Assembly (NCBI RefSeq): GCF_006345805.1
Contig: NW_021835886.1
Location: 1 to 37,587, forward strand
Length of the DNA: 37,587 nt
DNA from: Octopus sinensis
Lineage: Eukaryota
Direction: 5' to 3'
The notes under the pieces are model-generated. The model had not been told where the DNA came from, did not search any database, and saw nothing but the letters and a program-made list of their open reading frames with translations. Position numbers and translations under genes: made by a program. This document shows, one piece after another, positions 1 to 9,989 of the stretch (within the stretch, counting starts at the first letter, position 1; each line of letters opens with the position of its first letter).

Positions 1-190
1 TTGCCTCTTTCTTTCCTTTTTACGATCCCTTTTGATCGAAAACCAACCCCCTTTTTTTTTACCCCCAAAAGAAAAGCTCTACCTTGTAATTTTTTCTGTC
101 TGTGTGCAGCCCTGTGTGGCTAATAAAGAAACATATCTGTCTCTCTATCTGTTTATCTGCCAACCGAATGTCTATTTATAGATCTGTCTA
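1..190 (+). mobile_element. 3' UTR end of a Tx1/L1-clade LINE (copy 1, cut by window edge)
   Basis: GAAAAGCTCTACCTTGTAAT...GTGTGCAGCCCTGTGTGGCTAATAAAGAAACATATCT matches the 3' ends of the RT-bearing copies near 27270-27340 and 33265-33335; followed by degenerate (ATCT)n. Confidence 0.75.
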
Positions 191-272
191 TTTACCTGTC
201 CGTCCCCAGAGGCCAACAGCACAAGGTCCAGACCGGCAGATCCACCGACAACTTATTGTTACTTATTCATCG

Positions 273-908
273 GGAGGCGCAATGGCCCAGTGGTTAGGGC
301 AGCGGACTCGCGGTCATAGGATCGCGGTTTCGATTCCCAGACCGGGCGTTGTGAGTGTTTATTGAGCGAAAACACATAAAAAAGCTCCACGAGTCTCCGG
401 CAGGGGATGGTGGTGATCCCTGCTGTACTCTTTCACCACAACTTTCTCTCACTCTTACTTCCTGTTTCTGTTGTACCTGTATTTCAAAGGGCCGGCCTTG
501 TCCTCTCTGTGTCACGCTGAATATCCCCGAGAACTACGTTAAGGGTGCACGTGTCTGTGGAGTGCTCAGCCACTTCACGTTAATTCACCGGGCGTTGTGA
601 GTGTTTATGAGCGAAAACACCTAAAGCTCCACGCGGCTCCGGCAGGGGATGGTGGTGATCCCTGCTGTACTCTTTCAACACAACTTTCTCTCACTCTTAC
701 TTCCTGTTTCTGTGTACCTGTATTTCAAAGGGCCGGCCTTGTCACTCTCTGTGTCACGCTGATATCCCCGAGAACTACGTTAAGGGTACACGTGTCTGTG
801 GAGTGCTCAGCCACTTACACGTTAATTTCACACGAGCAGGCTGTTCCGTTGATTCGGATCAACCGGAACCCTCATCGTCGTAACCGACGGAGTGCTTCCA
901 TCCCATCC
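273..908 (+). mobile_element. tRNA-derived SINE (family A) with ~246-bp internal tandem duplication
   Basis: A box TGGCCCAGTGG and B box GGTTTCGATTCC; 12-bp TSD ACTTATTCATCG at 261-272 and 909-920; body repeated at 341-586 and 587-829. Confidence 0.85.
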
Positions 909-1011
909 ACTTATTCATCGATCCCTGCCGGACGAAAGACAAATGTCAAGGGGAGTAACTCAATATCATAATGCGTTCTACCCGACAGATTTTTCACCCT
1001 TTACACTTTAC

Positions 1012-1740
1012 ACTTTTACTTGCTTCAGTCACCTGACTGCGGCCATGCTGGAGCACCGCCTTCAGTCGAGCAATTGACCCCGGGACTTATTCTTTGTAAG
1101 CCCAGTACTTATCCTATCGGTCACTTTTTTGCCGAACCGCTAAGTGACGGGACGTAAACACATCAGCATCGGTTGTCAAGCAATGCTAGGGGACAAACAC
1201 AGACACACACATACATACATAATTATACGACAGGCTTCTTTCAGTTTCCGTCTACCAAATCCACTCACAAGGCATTGGCGGCCCGAGCTATAGCAGAAGA
1301 CACGACTTGCCCAAGATCCACACAGTGGGACTGAACCCGGAACCATGTGGTGGTTAGCAAGCTACTACCACACAGCCACTCCTGCACCTATACATATATA
1401 TATACGACAGGCTTCTTTCAGTTTCCGTCTACCAAATCCACTCACAAGGCATTGGTCGGCCCGAGGCTATAGCAGAAGACACTTGCCCAAGGGCCACGCA
1501 GTGGGACTGAACCCGGAACCATGTGGTTGGTAGCAAGCTACTTACCACAAGCCACTCCTGCACCTATACATATATACCGACAGGCTTCTTTCGTTTCCGT
1601 CTACCAACCACCACTCACAAGGCATTGGTCGGCCCGAGGCTATAGCAAAGACACTTGCCCAAGGTGCCACGCAGTGGGACCGAACCCGGAACCTTGTGGT
1701 TGGTTAGCAAGCTACTTACCACACAGCCACTCCCGCACCT
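1012..1740 (-). mobile_element. SINE family B with its 5' (tRNA-like) half triplicated
   Basis: Reverse complement of the full + copy at 16271-16670; head unit repeated at ~1227, 1404 and 1577. Confidence 0.85.
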
Positions 1741-1801
1741 TGTCAATAATGTTTTGTCTTAGTAAGCTTTTTTGTAATTATATTGAACAAGAAATTATTA
1801 C

Positions 1802-2008
1802 TGTTTAAAGGTTGTTTCGTGTTCGCTATAGTTCCTTCTGTTGTTGTATCCAAAGTGGAATTGTAGTGGTAACAACCATTTGCAGTGAATGACCATCCAA
1901 CGCATTTCGTTTTGGTACAGCAATTATGTTCACAGTCATTTAGGTTATCTTCTTGTATAAGTTCACGGAAAGCTGAAGTTACATTTTTAACGTATTGGCA
2001 GGGTCTCT
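1802..2008 (-). CDS. Coding exon 4 of secreted CTL-like/PAN protein: PAN/Apple-like domain
   Basis: Acceptor TTTTCTCGCATTCCAG, donor ACA|GTAATA, 207 nt, phase 1-1. Translates (E)RPCQYVKNVTSAFRELIQEDNLNDCEHNCCTKTKCVGWSFTANGCYHYNSTLDTTTEGTIANTKQPLN; the C-x3-C-x5-C-x9-C spacing is PAN-like. The frame could instead read through to the stop at 1743-1745. Confidence 0.75.
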
Positions 2009-2218
2009 CTGGAATGCGAGAAAATATAGAACAAGGCATATAAAAATATAAAATGTATAATATAAGCACGTGAACAAATATATATACACACACACAAACA
2101 CACACTAAAATATACGAATACACACACATATACACATATACATACCTACATACACACATATGTATATAATATATATATATATGTACACACCATATACGTA
2201 TCTACATACACACACATA

Positions 2219-2261
<43 letters not shown>

Positions 2262-2263
<2 letters not shown>

Positions 2264-2472
2264 CGGGAAACTTTATGAAAATAAACAAAAGACGAAGGCA
2301 GGTGGAATACAAACAAACAATTGTATTAGTATGGCGCTCAGGAATATAAATAATAAAACAAGTCTTTTACGTTTCGAGCCTACGCTCTCCAACAGAAAGA
2401 TACACAGAAAAGAAACACGGAGAGAAACAAGGAAGAAAAAAAATGCGTGCAGAAGCTAGCGAATCAACATGG

Positions 2473-2475
<3 letters not shown>
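2262..2475 (-). mobile_element. Penelope-like element terminal fragment (subfamily 1)
   Basis: Shares AAGTCTTTTACGTTTCGAGCCTACGC...ACAGAAAG with 18765-18930; (TA)n on both sides; hammerhead-like motif on the minus strand. Confidence 0.55.
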
Positions 2476-2538
<63 letters not shown>

Positions 2539-2625
2539 CTTTTAATAAAATGTTGTAGTGCGAAACAATTGTAACAAATTACCGGAGTCATTCTTGTTGC
2601 TATTTTTTGAGTATATATATATATG

Positions 2626-2671
<46 letters not shown>

Positions 2672-2773
2672 ATATACGTACATACATACGTACACACACA
2701 CACAACACACACACACAACACACACAAATATATATATATATATATACGTACATACATACACACATATATATAT

Positions 2774-3003
2774 ACTAATCATATCTGTCTGGCATGTGGA
2801 GGAGAGTGTAATTCGGCAAGAGGACTTAAACAGCATGCAAAGGTACATGAAGCCCAGTTGCAACTAAAGCCGGCTATTACCAGTAAAGGTTTTAGTTGCC
2901 AATTCTGCACAAGACACTGGGCTAAAAAGTCACATTCGACCACAGCACCAGTAACAGTTAAGCTTCGTGCAATGGCCATACTCGATAACGAGGGGGCAGC
3001 CAT
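2774..3003 (+). mobile_element. 3' fragment of RTE-like LINE with C-terminal zinc-finger motifs
   Basis: Closely similar to 18341-18592 apart from a short deletion; ends GGCCATACTCGATAACGAGGGGGCAGCCAT then (AT)n. Confidence 0.6.
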
Positions 3004-3370
3004 AATATATATATATATGTATATGTATATATATGTGTATACACACACGCGCACACATATATGCAGATATTTATTAATGTTTGATTTCATGTGGAGTTAT
3101 GTATAAAAACAATTGAATAATGAATATAAAAATTACTCAAATGTTTTTATGTGGGAATACATGAATTATTACAAAGAAAAAGTTGTCAGTCACATCGATG
3201 TTTTTGCTTACCCGCCGTCATCAGGTTGTCTGGTGCGAAATTTTGTAATATGTAATGTATATAGGCAGGGGTATAATGTTGACAATGCATCTTTTTCCAG
3301 AAGATAGGGGTGTTGGTGGGTACTTCCATGAAGTTACAGGTCCTTAGTTAAAATCCCAGGTATATATATG

Positions 3371-3408
<38 letters not shown>

Positions 3409-3874
3409 AAAAATAGGATAAAATATTCATAAGAAATTATCAAGTAGTTAGCGTGAAAAACCTGATAAGAGAAAAAATCTGTAAGTTTTTTCCACTTGAA
3501 TATATTTATTCATATTATATAGAGGGCATTGTTACACATAAATGCCGCACGCTAGGAGGGACTCTTAAAGTAAAAACTACCAAAATAAACATATCGTACC
3601 GAATGCAAGTCTCGAAGCAAGTCATTTAAAAACAGAATTTAGCTGCAGATCACCAGTGATTTCGTAATCAGCGCAGTGGTTGCGCTCTTTACTCATCGGT
3701 GCAAGCATGATTCAAGATTTATAATGAATGAACAAAATCAACATACCATATATATATATGTATGTAAGATCATTCACGTTTACAAATATATTTCCACGTA
3801 GGTACTTACACAAACTTGTATACATATATACATATATATGGATATATATATCCATATTTATTAGTTGATGGTAT

Positions 3875-4026
3875 ACTCTTTTACTCTTTTACATGTTTCA
3901 GTCATTTGACTGCGGCCATGCTGGAGCACCGCCTTAAGTCGAGCAAATCGACCCCGGGACTTATTCTTTTTGTAAGCCCAGTACTTATTCTATCGGTCTC
4001 TTTTGCCGAACCGCTAAGTGACGGGG
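3875..4026 (-). mobile_element. SINE family B, 3' half
   Basis: TGTTTCAGTCATTTGACTGCGGCCATGCTGGAGCACCGCC...GCCGAACCGCTAAG as in other family B copies. Confidence 0.85.
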
Positions 4027-4254
4027 TATAAGGAAATTAAGAAAACACTACGGATGTGTCTTAAGCGAAAGGATATTTGATGGTGCTCCGAAAGGAGTTA
4101 ATTCGGCACACAGTTTGCTGGATCTTCAGCTACCTGTCAGGTGAAAATAGGAAAGAGACAGTGGCAAAAATAGATCGAGGAAGGTGCCGAAGGTGGAATA
4201 CAAAATAAGAGTAGGTGCGATTATGAGAGCAATGATAATGGTGATGATAATAAT

Positions 4255-4443
4255 CCTTTCTGCTGGAGGAACAAGGCCTCAAATTTGATGGGGGGGGGGG
4301 ACTAGTAGATTACATCGACCCCAGTGTTTCACTGGCACTTAATTTATCGACCCCGAAAGGATGAAAGGCAAAGTCGACTTCGGAGGAATTTGAACTCAGA
4401 ACGTAGCGGTAGACGAAATACCGCTAAGCATTTCACCCGGCGT
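4255..4443 (-). mobile_element. SINE family C variant, partial
   Basis: Core TTTATCGACCCCGAAAGGATGAAAGGCAAAGTCGAC..GAATTTGAACTC shared with 11279-11509 and 13662-13892, with a different tail. Confidence 0.8.
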
Positions 4444-4465
4444 TCATAATCTTATTAGCATTAGA

Positions 4466-4655
4466 ATAACATGAACAGGATAAACTATCCATATTTTGCA
4501 GAAAAATCTGTCGGCGACTAGACTTCTCGTTGGGTCAGTTTAGCTTAATGGTAAAGCACTTGACGCGTAATCACGGGGATGTGAGTTCGAGTCTCATGGC
4601 TGGCCGCCGACAGATTTTTCTGTAAAATATGGATAGTTTATTCTGTTCATGTTAT
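4466..4655. mobile_element. MITE-like element with 51-bp terminal inverted repeats enclosing a tRNA-like sequence
   Basis: 4466-4516 and 4605-4655 are reverse complements at 49/51 positions; can be read as TA|ACATG...CATGT|TA (possible TA TSD). Confidence 0.85.
4534..4605 (+). tRNA. tRNA-Thr(CGT)-like cloverleaf, probably a pseudogene or element-borne Pol III unit
   Basis: Acceptor GTCAGTT/GGCTGGC (GU-rich, one mismatch); D arm GCTT-AATGGTA-AAGC; anticodon arm CTTGA-CGCGTAA-TCACG (CGT at 4566-4568, G instead of U33, one mismatch); T arm GTGAG-TTCGAGT-CTCAT; TTTTT at 4615-4619. Confidence 0.55.
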
Positions 4656-4719
4656 ATCATTGGCATAATCCTGCGTTTGAGAATAAAATTATTTCCTTAT
4701 CTGTATCTAATAATAGAAT

Positions 4720-5050
4720 GGTAATGACGTCGTCGTCGTCACCATAGTCGACGACAACAGCAACGATGATGATGGTGATGGTGATGATGATGATGATGAT
4801 AGTGATGATGGTGATGGTGATGATGATGATCGTGTTGAATAAGATAGTAGGCAGTGGCGTCGGTGGCGTCGGTGGTGATGATGTTGGGGATGATGATAAT
4901 GCTGGTGCTGGCGCTAGTAATGACGATGATGATGATGATAGTAGTGGTGATGATGATGATGATGATGATGATGGCAATGATGTTAATTACAAAATAATAG
5001 AAGATGGCAATACAATTGATGCTTAAGATGATAGTGATGATAGTGGTAAT
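4720..5050. repeat. Degenerate (GAT)n/(GGT)n trinucleotide tract
   Basis: Directly visible; explains the poly-D, poly-M and poly-S ORFs. Confidence 0.95.
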
Positions 5051-6384
5051 GATGTTAGGAGGTAGTGAAATGTTCTTTCGCCTGAAGTGAAAGACAAGAA
5101 ACTAATTGCTCTATGTCTCTTGTTACAGACGTAAGCAGTTGCCACAAACTCCTACTTCCGGTTGATACTTAGTCTTAATGTTAACCTGTAACACATTGCA
5201 TTTTATCTAGCATTGTCTCCCCTGCTACTGCCCTGTTATTACAGGGGAGAAAACTCATACGGTGACATGATGCACCTACAACGTGCTGAAGGTTAAATAT
5301 TAATATTTGCGAAAAATATATTTGCTCCCGTCTCTTAATGAATATTTTAGAGTATATACCGACACCTTCCTTGTTTCTTAGTGTGTTTGTAACTAAACTA
5401 CTGCCGTTCGATGTACTATGGTATATTTTAGCTTAAGTCTCTTTGTGTTCTGAGTTCAAATTCCTCTATGGCCAACCTGTGGTTAGACTTAACACTCCTT
5501 TCGGTTTCATACCTACACCTGGCACAATAGGTTCCTTCAGAGGAGTCCCCTCTGTTGTAGGTACTCTTACCAAGTCTCCGATTTGAGGATAATACTCCTC
5601 CTTCCCATTCCACCAGCATCTGTGGCCCTGTAAAGAGTCAGGGACACTGGCTCATCCACTTTCTGTTTAAAAGACAAAATCGAGAGTTAAAATACTATAT
5701 TCACCCTCATAAGTTTTGGCCCAACAATTTCAATAACTTCAATAAATATTTGATTCTGTTTTCGACAGAAAACATTTGATAGTTGAGTCACGGAAGCAAA
5801 TCCTAAGAGGATTTGGTGCCCAATATTTCCATAATAATTTAGCCCAAATCGAGAAATCTACTCCGTTTTCCATTTCAAACACTGAAGTGAATAATCAATT
5901 AAGTCATCCAATGTGATCTTCCTTAAAGGTAATGGAAACCGATTTTAGTGAGTTTTCGCTTTTATTCCCAGTAAAATCAAAGAAATATTGACGCTCGCTG
6001 GTTGGCTGTTTTCAGTTTTGTTAGATATTCCCAACACAACTTTCTGATAAGCGGGATCAATAAACAAGGTTGTAAATCACGTCCATAGTTCAATTCAGTC
6101 CATTGCAATTCTAAAATACGGTCTTGTAAGAAAGCGGAACTTTAATAATCGAAGACTGGTAAGCGGTTCAAGTGGTAGAAGGAATAAATATCTTGCGTTA
6201 TTTTGCGATTTTCCTTAAAGCTGTGAGGTCAAACGACAGAATTAAATCTGCGTCACATATGAATAAACCGAGAGTTTATATCTCTTACGCTAGAGTTCGT
6301 CACATTGATTTACTGAACGTAAAATAGATTAATTTGGGGGAATGAAACAATAAAATGAAAAACAAGATTAGATTGTAAACCTAC

Positions 6385-6506
6385 CTTTTTTACAAAACAC
6401 CAAACGCTTATCGCTGCATTGAACACATTCCATCGTGTGGTTGTTGTCCATCATGGCACATCCATTGTTCGGACAATCGCTATGAGCTATCCAGTAGGTC
6501 GTGACA
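6385..6506 (-). CDS. Coding exon 3: C-terminal half of C-type-lectin-like domain
   Basis: Acceptor AATGTTCGTTACAG, donor AAG|GTAGGT, 122 nt, phase 2-1. Translates (S)VTTYWIAHSDCPNNGCAMMDNNHTMECVQCSDKRLVFCKK. Not in the ORF track. Confidence 0.8.
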
Positions 6507-6689
6507 CTGTAACGAACATTTCACGAGAGTTTAATATATATATATATATTGGCCTGCTTGCTTAGCCAGCAGGGTGGCGTCATTCGAAGGCTAAAACAGT
6601 GCGAACGCATTGTGACCAGCGATGTGTAACAACATCTGATGGTCTGGTCGGTCACGTGATCACGTGATATATATATATGTAGTAATATA

Positions 6690-6830
6690 TCTGTGTGTGT
6701 ATCCGTATGTGTTCGTGTCTGTTTTTGTCCCATCACCACCACTTGAGAACCGGTGTCGATGGATTTACGTCCTCGTAACTGAGCGGTTCGGCCACAGACA
6801 CTGACATAATAAGGCCCAGGCTTAAGAAAA
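6690..6830 (+). mobile_element. Diverged SINE family B-related 3' part
   Basis: TTTGTCCCATCACCACCACTTGAGAACCGGTGTC...CGTAACTGAGCGGTTCGG resembles the family B body. Confidence 0.6.
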
Positions 6831-6883
6831 AAAAACATAAAAAGGACACCTTTGATGCATAGGGTCTTAGAAGAAGGAGTGAA

Positions 6884-7172
6884 GGAGAGCGTGGCTCAGT
6901 TGTTACGGTATTCGGCTCACAATCGTAAGGTCGAGAGTTCGATTCTCAGAGGCGCGTTGTGTCCTTGAGCAAGACACTTTATTTCACGTTGCTCCTGTCC
7001 ACTCAGCTGGCACAAAATGAGTAGTACCTGTAATTCGAAAGGGGACCAGCCTTTTCGGGGTCGATAAATTAAGTACCAGTTACGCACTGGGGTCGATGTA
7101 ATCGACTTAATCCGTTTGTCTGTCCTTGTTTGTCCCCTCTGTGTTTAGCCCCTTGTGGGTAATAAAGAAACA
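6884..7172 (+). mobile_element. Chimeric SINE: family A-type head joined to family C 3' half
   Basis: tRNA-like head GGAGAGCGTGGCTCAGTG...GAGTTCGATTC; A-type body to GGACCAGCCTT; then C-type TTCGGGGTCGATAAATTAAGTACC...AATAAAGAAAC. Confidence 0.75.
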
Positions 7173-7207
7173 GATATTAGATCTAGTGAAATGTCATAGA
7201 TACTTAC

Positions 7208-7394
7208 CTGTTGTTACGATTTTTTTGAAACCATTCACTAATATTTGGATGTAGGTCATCAGCCATGCTGACCATCGTGGCATCGTTCGATTCACACAAC
7301 GTTATGGCCATCCCATTGTTAACCTCCAAACTGTACGTTAGCAATGAAACCGCCTGGTTTCCACTAGCATTTGATAATACGAGGAGTATGGTTG
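7208..7394 (-). CDS. Coding exon 2: end of signal peptide and N-terminal half of C-type-lectin-like domain
   Basis: Acceptor TTGATATTTACAG, consensus donor CAG|GTAAGT, 187 nt, phase 1-2. Translates (A)TILLVLSNASGNQAVSLLTYSLEVNNGMAITLCESNDATMVSMADDLHPNISEWFQKNRNN, with the CTLD A-x3-C-x4-A-x-[ML]VS motif. Confidence 0.8.
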
Positions 7395-7504
7395 CTGTAA
7401 ATATCAATGGCGATGATTCAACAACAATCTGCGATTTTGATGATGAAAGTAATATCAGTGATGACGATGATTATGATATAATGATAATAATAATAATAAT
7501 AATG

Positions 7505-7560
<56 letters not shown>

Positions 7561-7563
<3 letters not shown>

Positions 7564-7756
7564 CCAGTACTTAGAAACACATATAACATACAGAAAATTG
7601 CACTACTAGGCACTGCACACATCCTACGCAGAACACTTTCCATACAATAACCATCAGAGCATCTCAACAAATCACAGCACATACCCAAGGCACACAGAGC
7701 TGCGCTCGGTAGTGAAGTGAAAGCACGCTATAAATATAAAAATAAAACTACTGAAC
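7561..7756 (+). mobile_element. R4/Dong-type (RLE) LINE, ORF C-terminus plus 3' UTR
   Basis: Encodes ...NIQKIALLGTAHILRRTLSIQ*, which I recognise as an R4-clade C-terminus; (AAT)n on both sides. Confidence 0.7.
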
Positions 7757-7764
7757 AATAATAA

Positions 7765-7802
<38 letters not shown>

Positions 7803-8086
7803 TAATAATATAATAATAATAATGATAATAATAATGATAATAATAATGATAATAATAATGATAATAATAATGATAATAATAATAATAATAAGAATAATAA
7901 TGATAATAATAATGATAATAATAATGATTAATATAATAATAATAATAATATATAATAATAATAATAATAACAATAATAATAATAATAATAGTAATAATAG
8001 TAATAATAATAATAATAATAATAAATAATAATAATTAATAAGAATAATAATAAGAATAATATAATAATAAGAATAGTAATAATAAT

Positions 8087-8121
<35 letters not shown>

Positions 8122-8570
8122 TAATAATAACAATAATAATAATAATAATAAATAATAATAATAATAATAACAATAAAATAATAATAAGAATAATAATAAT
8201 AAAATAATAATAATTAATAATAATAATATAATAATAATAGTAGTATAAGTAATAATAATATAATAATCATAATAATAATATCACTTCGGTAATATAATAA
8301 AATAATAATTTCTTAATCATTATAATATAAAAATAGTAATAAATACTTACATCATAATAATAAATAATAATAAATAATAATCATCTGTAATAATAATAAT
8401 AAAATAAGAATAGTAATAATAATAATAATCTAATAATAATAATATCTTGGCTGATATTTTTTGTTATGATGTCTGGTGTTTTGTCACCTTTGATGGCGAA
8501 CTGCTCTCTCACTCAATAATAATAATAATTAATGATCATAATAATGATAATAATAATAATAATAAGAATA

Positions 8571-8984
8571 AGGGATGAAAAATGATGTAGAGCCAAAATG
8601 TCGATATGCAACGATGAGATTGAAACAGTGGACCACCTAATCTCTGGGTGTAAGGTTTTAGCACCTGTAGAGTACAAATCAAATCATGACAGAGTTGGTC
8701 AATACCTATACTGGATAATGTGTCGGCATTATAAAATCAAAACTGCTGACAGATGGTAGAAGAACCACCCTGAGGCTGTAACTAAGGGAGAAAATGTAAC
8801 TATTCTTCGGGACTTCCCAGTATGTACAGACCGGACCATCAAAGCAAATAAACAAGATATTGTTGTGAAAGACCAAAACAATAAAGTCTGTTTATTGATT
8901 GACATGAGGAGCATACCCTGTGACCATAGTAACTCTGGCGAAAGAATTTGATAAGCTCAGAAAATATAAAGATTTGCTAATCGA
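8571..8984 (+). mobile_element. R4/Dong-type LINE fragment: CCHC knuckle and restriction-like endonuclease, degenerate
   Basis: With one frameshift and a stop: KCR/CNDEIETVDHLISGC...HDRVGQYLYW...ILRDFPVCTDRTIKANKQDIVVKDQNNKVCLLIDM. Confidence 0.8.
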
Positions 8985-9187
8985 CCAGAAGAAAATTCCA
9001 ACTGGGCCCGCCACCTGCAAGGTCATGTGCTGTTTATCTTGATATGAGATCACCGTGTCGCGCACACATGGTTGTGATGAATGTGCGTAGTGTACCCTCA
9101 TCAGATGGGTAGTCATGATGGGTATACTGGGCTTCGTATATTTTACCTCAGTGTCACTTTGATGGCATGCCCTGCGCTCTCTCACTC

Positions 9188-9253
<66 letters not shown>

Positions 9254-9452
9254 CAAACATAATTTTCGTATGTTTTTTTTTAGGAATTCACTAGTACAAC
9301 GCTAAGTACAAAACCAAATATATGGCACCCTAGGCATAACACCAACATGAACTTCCAACCTGTTGTCTCGGTGAGACTTGGAGCCAGCTTGTGCAAATGT
9401 AACGCAAAAGTCAAACATATAATAATAAAATATAATATACTAATAATAATAA

Positions 9453-9486
<34 letters not shown>

Positions 9487-9494
9487 TAATAATG

Positions 9495-9770
9495 ATAGGG
9501 ATGTCAGAAACACCTAGACAATATCCCTGGAAAACCATGTCTCAAGGAAATCCAAAAGATTGTGCTAACAAGTACTGCCCACATCCTTAGAAAAACCCTA
9601 TCAATGTAAATGTTTGTGTTTGCATTACATGGAGATATATCTCTACTTCCCCGCCCCAAGCTTTCAGCTGTATTTCAACAACTCTTAACCTTCACTTGCC
9701 CTAGGGCGCTGGGTGTGCCCCGGCAGGTGATTGCATCAAACATGCAGATTAAAAGTAAATGACAATGATA
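9495..9770 (+). mobile_element. Second R4/Dong-type 3' end
   Basis: CQKHLDNIPGKPCLKEIQKIVLTSTAHILRKTLSM* then a distinct 3' UTR ending in (AAT)n. Confidence 0.7.
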
Positions 9771-9784
9771 ATAATAATAATATA

Positions 9785-9815
<31 letters not shown>

Positions 9816-9909
9816 TAATATAATATAATATATAATATAATAATAATAATATAATAATAATAATAATAATAATAATACTAAAATAATATAATAATAATAA
9901 TAATTCTTT

Positions 9910-9957
<48 letters not shown>

Positions 9958-9989
9958 GATGAAAAAGAAATGAAATCACTCTGTGCATG

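Larger units (their letters stand above)
7440..9960. repeat. Large interrupted (AAT)n microsatellite field
   Basis: Many hundreds of bp of AAT repeats interrupted by retroelement fragments; source of the poly-I/N/Y/L ORFs. Confidence 0.95.

Noticed and set aside
341-1740. CRISPR array or other prokaryotic system
   Set aside because: The repeats are SINE tandem duplications without unique spacers; no cas-like or bacterial ORFs anywhere in the window.
2160-2867. ORFs rich in YI, CV, HT, poly-I/N/L/D or SIYL here and across the window
   Set aside because: They are translations of (TA)n, (CA)n, (AAT)n, (GAT)n and (ATCT)n microsatellites.
5150-5290. Possible extra phase 1-1 exon in intron 3 (ASCHRMSFLPCNNRAVAGETMLDKMQCVT)
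   Set aside because: Weak splice sites, no domain resemblance, and exon 3 joins exon 4 naturally.
5428-5619. 63-aa minus-strand ORF with a possible 57-nt exon
   Set aside because: No recognisable motif; it runs into SINE-like sequence and is probably repeat-derived.
5690-6230. Non-repetitive stretch with protein-looking minus-strand fragments
   Set aside because: All frames are broken by stops and I recognise no family; only a translated homology search could rescue it.
6652-6667. Perfect palindrome TCACGTGATCACGTGA (tandem E-boxes)
   Set aside because: It lies at the end of a likely small interspersed repeat; no evidence of regulatory function.
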